64,000 nucleotides of DNA, from contig CBDHDF010000011.1 of the NCBI GenBank assembly GCA_965261545.1, positions 256,001-320,000 of the forward strand, given 5' to 3'. Positions 59,352-64,000 of the stretch are shown piece after piece (the first letter of the stretch is position 1; every line of letters begins with the position of its first letter). Under the pieces are notes generated by a model that was not told where the DNA came from, did not search any database, and was given only the letters and a program-made list of their open reading frames with translations. The DNA comes from Bdellovibrionales bacterium (lineage in GTDB: Bacteria; Bdellovibrionota; Bdellovibrionia; Bdellovibrionales; UBA1609). The position numbers and the translations under genes were made by a program.

Positions 59352-60920
59352 TTGATGTTCTATAAAGACCTCCAATCTTTAACCAAGGAGGTCGAAATGA
59401 GAACAAAGATGGATCATGAGCGTTACACAAAAATAAAATCATTAATAAAGGCAAATATTCCCGACCGAGAAATCAGTCGCCGCATGAAATGCTGCACCAA
59501 GACTCTTAGAAAGATAAGACGTGGTCTTTTAACAGACCCCAAGGATTGGAAGACCCAAAGAGAAATTCCCCCTTGGTCTTACGGTATAGATTGGAAGATT
59601 ATTGAGAAGGAGATTGAGGATAGGCATTGTTTAAGTGACGTTTGGGAGGAAAAATTTCTGAAGGTCATTAGCTACCCCCAGTTTACGAGGGAGTTTCATA
59701 AGCAATTTCCAAAAGCTGGCAAAAGGATTATTACCTTGCGTGATTTTCAGCCAGGCCACCAAGTTGAGGTTGATTACGCAGGGTTTCAGCCAGAGTGGAT
59801 CGATGAAGACCTTAATATTCATAAGGCCCATATATTTTGCTCAAATCTATGTTTCTCTCAGCGTATTTTTGCTTATGGCTCTTTGAGCGAATCCAGTGAA
59901 GATTTTCTTCACGCTCACGTTCTGATGTTTGAATATTACGGTGGGGTTCCGAGAGTGGTTGTTCCTGATAATTTAAAGACTGGAGTGAACACACCCCATT
60001 TGTATGATCCAGAGTTGAATAAATCCTACCAAGAGCTTTTGGAACACTATGACACGGTGGCTGTTCCCGCTCGAGTTCGTCGTCCCCAGGATAAAAGCCT
60101 TACTGAGAATGCCGTGAAGCTCGTTACAAGGGCCCTCAGGTTCATGTACAGACGAGAGACCTTCACCAGTCTGGATCAAATTAATAAGGCTTTAAGGGAG
60201 GTGTGCGAGAAGATAAATGCTCGCCCTCACACAAGATTTAAGGTCTCCCGCAATGAAAAATTTCAACGAGAGGTAAAAACTTTAAAACCCTTGCCTTCTT
60301 TTCCCTACCGGTGGGGACGTTGGGAGAAGAAAAAACTCCACCAAGACTGTCATGTGAGCGTTGAATCCAACTTCTACTCGGCTCCGTTTCAGCACCGAGG
60401 GGAGTATGTAGATGTAAAAATTGGAGTGGAGAGTGTGGAGATTTACTTTCAAAAACAGCTCCTCGCTCGCCACAAGAGGACCAAAGGTAAACTCGGAGAG
60501 TACATCACCAAAAACGAACACCTCCCGGAGCCCAGTCGCGCCTACAAGGAGGCCACTCCCCAGAACATTCTCATTCAAGCAAGTATGATTTGTAAAGAGC
60601 TTGAAAACTTCATTGAGGAGCTTTTTCAGGGTGGGACCATTGAAAATCTCAGAAGAGCTATGGGCTTTGTAAGCTCCTGTCACAAAGAAATCCAGAAAGA
60701 GGGCAAGGAAAAGTCCCTTCCTCTCATTATCAAAGCCCTTGAGGACTGCAAGCAGTGGGAGAAAAGGAGGGTTAGATATTTTCAGCAACAACTCCATTTC
60801 TATAAAGGGCAAAAAATAAAAAAGGTGAACGAGAAAATAGATCGTAAACAAGGCAACCCTTATTTGCGACATAACGAAAATCCAAATAACCAAAGCCCCA
60901 AGGAGGTGCCAGATGGATGA
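59352..60920 (+). CDS. istA: IS21 transposase IstA
   Basis: Differs from copy 1 by a Q/P change in FQ(Q/P)EW. Confidence 0.95.
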   Translation: MMFYKDLQSLTKEVEMRTKMDHERYTKIKSLIKANIPDREISRRMKCCTKTLRKIRRGLLTDPKDWKTQREIPPWSYGIDWKIIEKEIEDRHCLSDVWEEKFLKVISYPQFTREFHKQFPKAGKRIITLRDFQPGHQVEVDYAGFQPEWIDEDLNIHKAHIFCSNLCFSQRIFAYGSLSESSEDFLHAHVLMFEYYGGVPRVVVPDNLKTGVNTPHLYDPELNKSYQELLEHYDTVAVPARVRRPQDKSLTENAVKLVTRALRFMYRRETFTSLDQINKALREVCEKINARPHTRFKVSRNEKFQREVKTLKPLPSFPYRWGRWEKKKLHQDCHVSVESNFYSAPFQHRGEYVDVKIGVESVEIYFQKQLLARHKRTKGKLGEYITKNEHLPEPSRAYKEATPQNILIQASMICKELENFIEELFQGGTIENLRRAMGFVSSCHKEIQKEGKEKSLPLIIKALEDCKQWEKRRVRYFQQQLHFYKGQKIKKVNEKIDRKQGNPYLRHNENPNNQSPKEVPDG

Positions 60921-61665
60921 AGTACAAATCAAAAACCACATGCATGAGTTGAAGCTCTATGGAATGTTAGACAGCCTTGAAGTGGCGCTGGATAACACAA
61001 GCCACAAGACTCAAGCATTGGATCTATTGAACGAGCTGTTATTTGCAGAAGTGGAGGCTCGGAAAATCCAATTCAGCCAAAGACTTCTCAAGACCTCAAA
61101 GCTGCCTCACAAGGTCAGAGGTGAGGCATTTGACCACCATGCCAAAAGGTCTATTAGTAAAAGAGAGGTGGATAGGCTTCAAACTTTATCATGGGTTAAG
61201 GAGCAAAGGTCTATCATTGTCGAAGGACCAACGGGGGTGGGTAAAACCTTCTTGGCCCAGAGCCTGGGACACCAGTGTTGTCAATCCAGAATCTCCACAC
61301 TGTTTATAGACATCAACATATTTCTAGAAACCTTGGCCCTGGAAAGGCACTCAGGAAGGTATTTGAACTACTTGCGTCGTCTGGGCCGCCCCCAAGTGTT
61401 AATTTTTGATGACTTTGGATTAAGGAAGTTCTCCCAAAGTGAATCCACAGACTTCTGCGATATTTTAAAGTTTCGTTCCGATAGGTCCACCATTATTACC
61501 ACTCAACTGCCAATAACGCATTGGTCAGAAATTATTGATGATGAGGTGCTGGCAGATACTATCATCGACCGTTTGAAGCATACCGCCATAAAAATTTTAC
61601 TTAAAGGAGAGAGTTATCGAAAAATCCAGGGAACAAAACTTGACCAGGACTTTTCCCTAAAATAG
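60913..61665 (+). CDS. istB: IS21 ATPase IstB
   Basis: Same protein as 30054-30806. Confidence 0.95.
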   Translation: MDEVQIKNHMHELKLYGMLDSLEVALDNTSHKTQALDLLNELLFAEVEARKIQFSQRLLKTSKLPHKVRGEAFDHHAKRSISKREVDRLQTLSWVKEQRSIIVEGPTGVGKTFLAQSLGHQCCQSRISTLFIDINIFLETLALERHSGRYLNYLRRLGRPQVLIFDDFGLRKFSQSESTDFCDILKFRSDRSTIITTQLPITHWSEIIDDEVLADTIIDRLKHTAIKILLKGESYRKIQGTKLDQDFSLK

Positions 61666-61691
61666 GAAGAAATAGGATTACAAATTAACTA

Positions 61692-62701
61692 GTTCCTGTC
61701 CAGGGAAGAAAGTTAAGTAGTTTTAAGTATTTACATGCCTTCCCTTTAGATTTTATGCTTTAAAATGGAGTCCATCAAACATAATCCGTGTAAATTCAGT
61801 TACTTACATAAAACGGAAAAATAAAATAAGTTCCCCCCCCTCTCTTGACGAACCTTTCACAGCCCCTCCCTTTCAGTGACTTATGTGGCTATCAACTGCG
61901 TTACTTGATATGAGAGGAAGAGTTGGATCAACCTGTGTTTCCACCGTGGTGATTTCAAACCTCCTTCAGGGAAATAACATTACGTTGCGCATCAACTTCA
62001 AAAAATACTTGACGTGTTTTTTCAGAGAAATAATTTTTGATATTTTATTCTTCATTTATTTTTTATGTAGGTTTTAGGAGGCGTGGGAGCCTCTCTATGA
62101 GGTAGAATTCTTATCCATGTTCTCCGAGAACCTCTCTGATTTTTTTCTTCTTAAAAGACATCCTTGCTCACTTTTTTCCCTCAAAAAAACGTATGTTAAT
62201 ATAAAAATTAAAGAGAACCTTTCACCAAAGGGGGGACTATGCGCCATTTGAAGAAGATACAGTTGGGACTCTTTTCCCAATATCCTAACCACCAACTCAG
62301 TACAGAATTGCAGCAAATTAATAACATCATTGATCGCCATCCAGAGTTTGCCCATATGGTTCATGAAGACCTTGTTAAAGAAAAGAAAGATTCTGGTGAT
62401 ATTGGTATGACATCGGAGCAAGTTCTCAAGGTGGCTATTCTTAAATCCATAAGAGGTCTTTCCTATCGTGCGTTAGCCTTTAATCTTGTCGATTCAGTAT
62501 CCACCAGAGCTTTTCTGGGCCTTGAATTGGAAGAAAATTACGCTCACTCCATCTTACAGGACTTGATTGTTCAAATAAGTGAAGAAACTTGGGGAATTAT
62601 TAGCGCCTCTTTAGTTTCAGATGCAAGAGATCAAAAGATTGAGCCGTGTAAGAAAATGAGAGTGGACAGTACAGTGACGAAATCAAACGAGTCCATTACT
62701 T
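61692..62701 (+). mobile_element. IS5-like/ISNCY element, 5' part; transposase from 62239 interrupted by a group II intron
   Basis: GMTSEQVLK..LSYRALAFNL.DS..R.FLG and RVDSTV; left end GTTCCTGTCC is inferred. Confidence 0.7.
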
Positions 62702-63329
62702 GTGCGCCACGAAGCGCAAATACATCGGTGGTGAAAGTCCACACGAGGAAGTGCCTCAGCACACCTCGCAGCGAGTCTTGGGCTCAAGGAGGTAATGACA
62801 TGAGTTAAGCGTAGATAGCAAGAAAGAAGGGCCGTAAGCCGCAAGGTTGAAGTGATTGAGCCTCGAAAGTATTCCATGTGTGGTGGTCGACACTGTGAGT
62901 AAGGTGGAAGACAACATCATTCTGCTCTAACTGAGGAGAACAGGGTGGCACCGCCGGGGTCTGAGAGCACGGCACTTCTTGAAGATGTATTTGTGAACGT
63001 GGGAGACCCTCATAGTTCCCTAGGATGGGGTATTGCCAAACAAGCCTAAACAGCAAGGATGGTGAAATAGCTGTGGGGGAGTCAGCGAATCCATAGTACT
63101 GATGAAGCGAGTAATGACCGTGGAGGGAAGGGATTCAGGTAATTTTAACTTTGGAAGGGAAACGTAAGTGGGAGAGACAAAGTCCAATAATATTACGGAA
63201 ACGAAACTGAAGAAGGTAGCTCAACTATCTGGTAAGAATCCCGAGATGGTTTTCATGGGGCTTATGCCTCACGTGAACAGGGAGTCACTCACCAGATGTT
63301 TCCACGAGTTGGATGAGAGGAAGGCCGTG
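62702..63329 (+). mobile_element. Group II intron (IIB-like) 5' part with the start of its RT/maturase
   Basis: GTGCG start; TCAGCGAATCCATAGTACTGATGAAGC..GGAGGGAAGGG domain II/III-like segment; ORF ETKLKKVAQLS..VFMGLMPH..CFHELDERKAV cut just before the usual GxDG. Confidence 0.88.
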
Positions 63330-64000
63330 TGTGATCCAATACTTTATTTTGACGGACTTTTCATGGGTTCCTTTGACCTCGAAGCAATTTTTATGATTTT
63401 ATCCTGACTGAGTTTAAGTTGTTGAGAGTGATATTTTGATTAGCAAGGTGTGTCGAGGTGAAGTGAGTGAAAAAAGGATGACTGATTCTCTCTGTTTGGT
63501 TTGCTCTCCCGCCTGGTGGCTCAAGAAATTAAGAGCACTTGAGATTTCCAAGTTCTCTTGGAAGGATAATTTCGCTGTATCTGATTTGATGGATTATTTT
63601 TGGAAGCCTAGTTCCTGGCATTTAAAGCAGGAGATCCTCCCACAGGTGGTGGCTACTTGCTTGAATCGACGCAACATCCTGTTGCGGATCTTTCAGTCTC
63701 GGGCTCCTGCCCTCGCCCCTCAGCCCCAGGGGGCTTTCGGGTACGACTGAAAGATTCTTAGTCTCGATTCCACATTGAGAGGAGATTGAGAGGAGCCTCC
63801 TATCCAGTGGGACTTTATTTGGCCCCTCAGGGAGAATAACTACCGACCATGTAGTTTAAATAAGTTCTGTGGCGGCTTGGCGAACATGTTCTTCTGTAAT
63901 TTGTTCTTCAGAAGCTTTCATACATGCAATCAATGAACCTCTGGCAATCAAATTGGCTTTTCTTAGCAAGCCTCCAGAGCCCTGCCAAATGGCTGTGACA
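63330..64000 (-). mobile_element. End of a DDE-integrase/ExeA-ATPase type element inserted in the intron RT
   Basis: TG terminus at 63330. The minus strand encodes ..AIWQGSGGLLRKANLIARGSLIAC..ITEEHVRQAATELI* (stop ~63856). Confidence 0.65.

Larger units (their letters stand above)
59174..61691 (+). mobile_element. IS21-A copy 2 (right end cut off)
   Basis: Matches 28315 onward, with six 23-bp repeats at 59181-59318; diverges after 61691. Confidence 0.92.

Noticed and set aside
63168..63407. RT as a retron or defence RT
   Set aside because: It lies downstream of group II intron RNA domains and is truncated after ~54 codons.
1..64000. tRNA/rRNA genes, relaxase, full integrase and att sites
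   Set aside because: None was recognisable by eye; the element boundaries probably lie outside the window.

Overview
An accessory region that looks like a conjugative/integrative element heavily invaded by mobile DNA. A Bdellovibrionota-like or other delta-like host is my impression from protein style only. Layout: (1) 1-10.5 kb, a minus-strand VirB/Trb-like T4SS operon headed by a sigma70 region-4 gene, with a triple repeat, a candidate sigma54 promoter, an IHF site and 18-bp palindromic boxes upstream; (2) 11.5-16.6 kb, a group II intron stub, two IS4 copies and an IS256 with cargo; (3) 17.9-27.6 kb, WYL-like, RloC-like ATPase, SbcD, SbcC and DUF2779-like genes (candidate defence cassette); (4) 27.7-38.7 kb, nested IS256/IS21/IS21/ISL3 plus a truncated IS1634; (5) a BspA/DUF285 lipoprotein, an inverted duplication of an HTH plus degenerate kinase pair, and DUF2071; (6) 45.2-51.7 kb, a tightly coupled operon of NtrC-like activator, radical SAM/SPASM enzyme, small secreted protein, OppA-like binding protein and hybrid histidine kinase behind a sigma54 motif; (7) a nuclease-STAND NTPase and an OLD nuclease; (8) 58.4-64 kb, a six-deep stack of mobile elements. 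Best candidate for a new system: the 45-52 kb operon as a self-amplifying modified-peptide signalling circuit, which shares upstream boxes and promoter architecture with the conjugation operon and may switch it on. All family calls come from motif recognition by eye; no searches were run.
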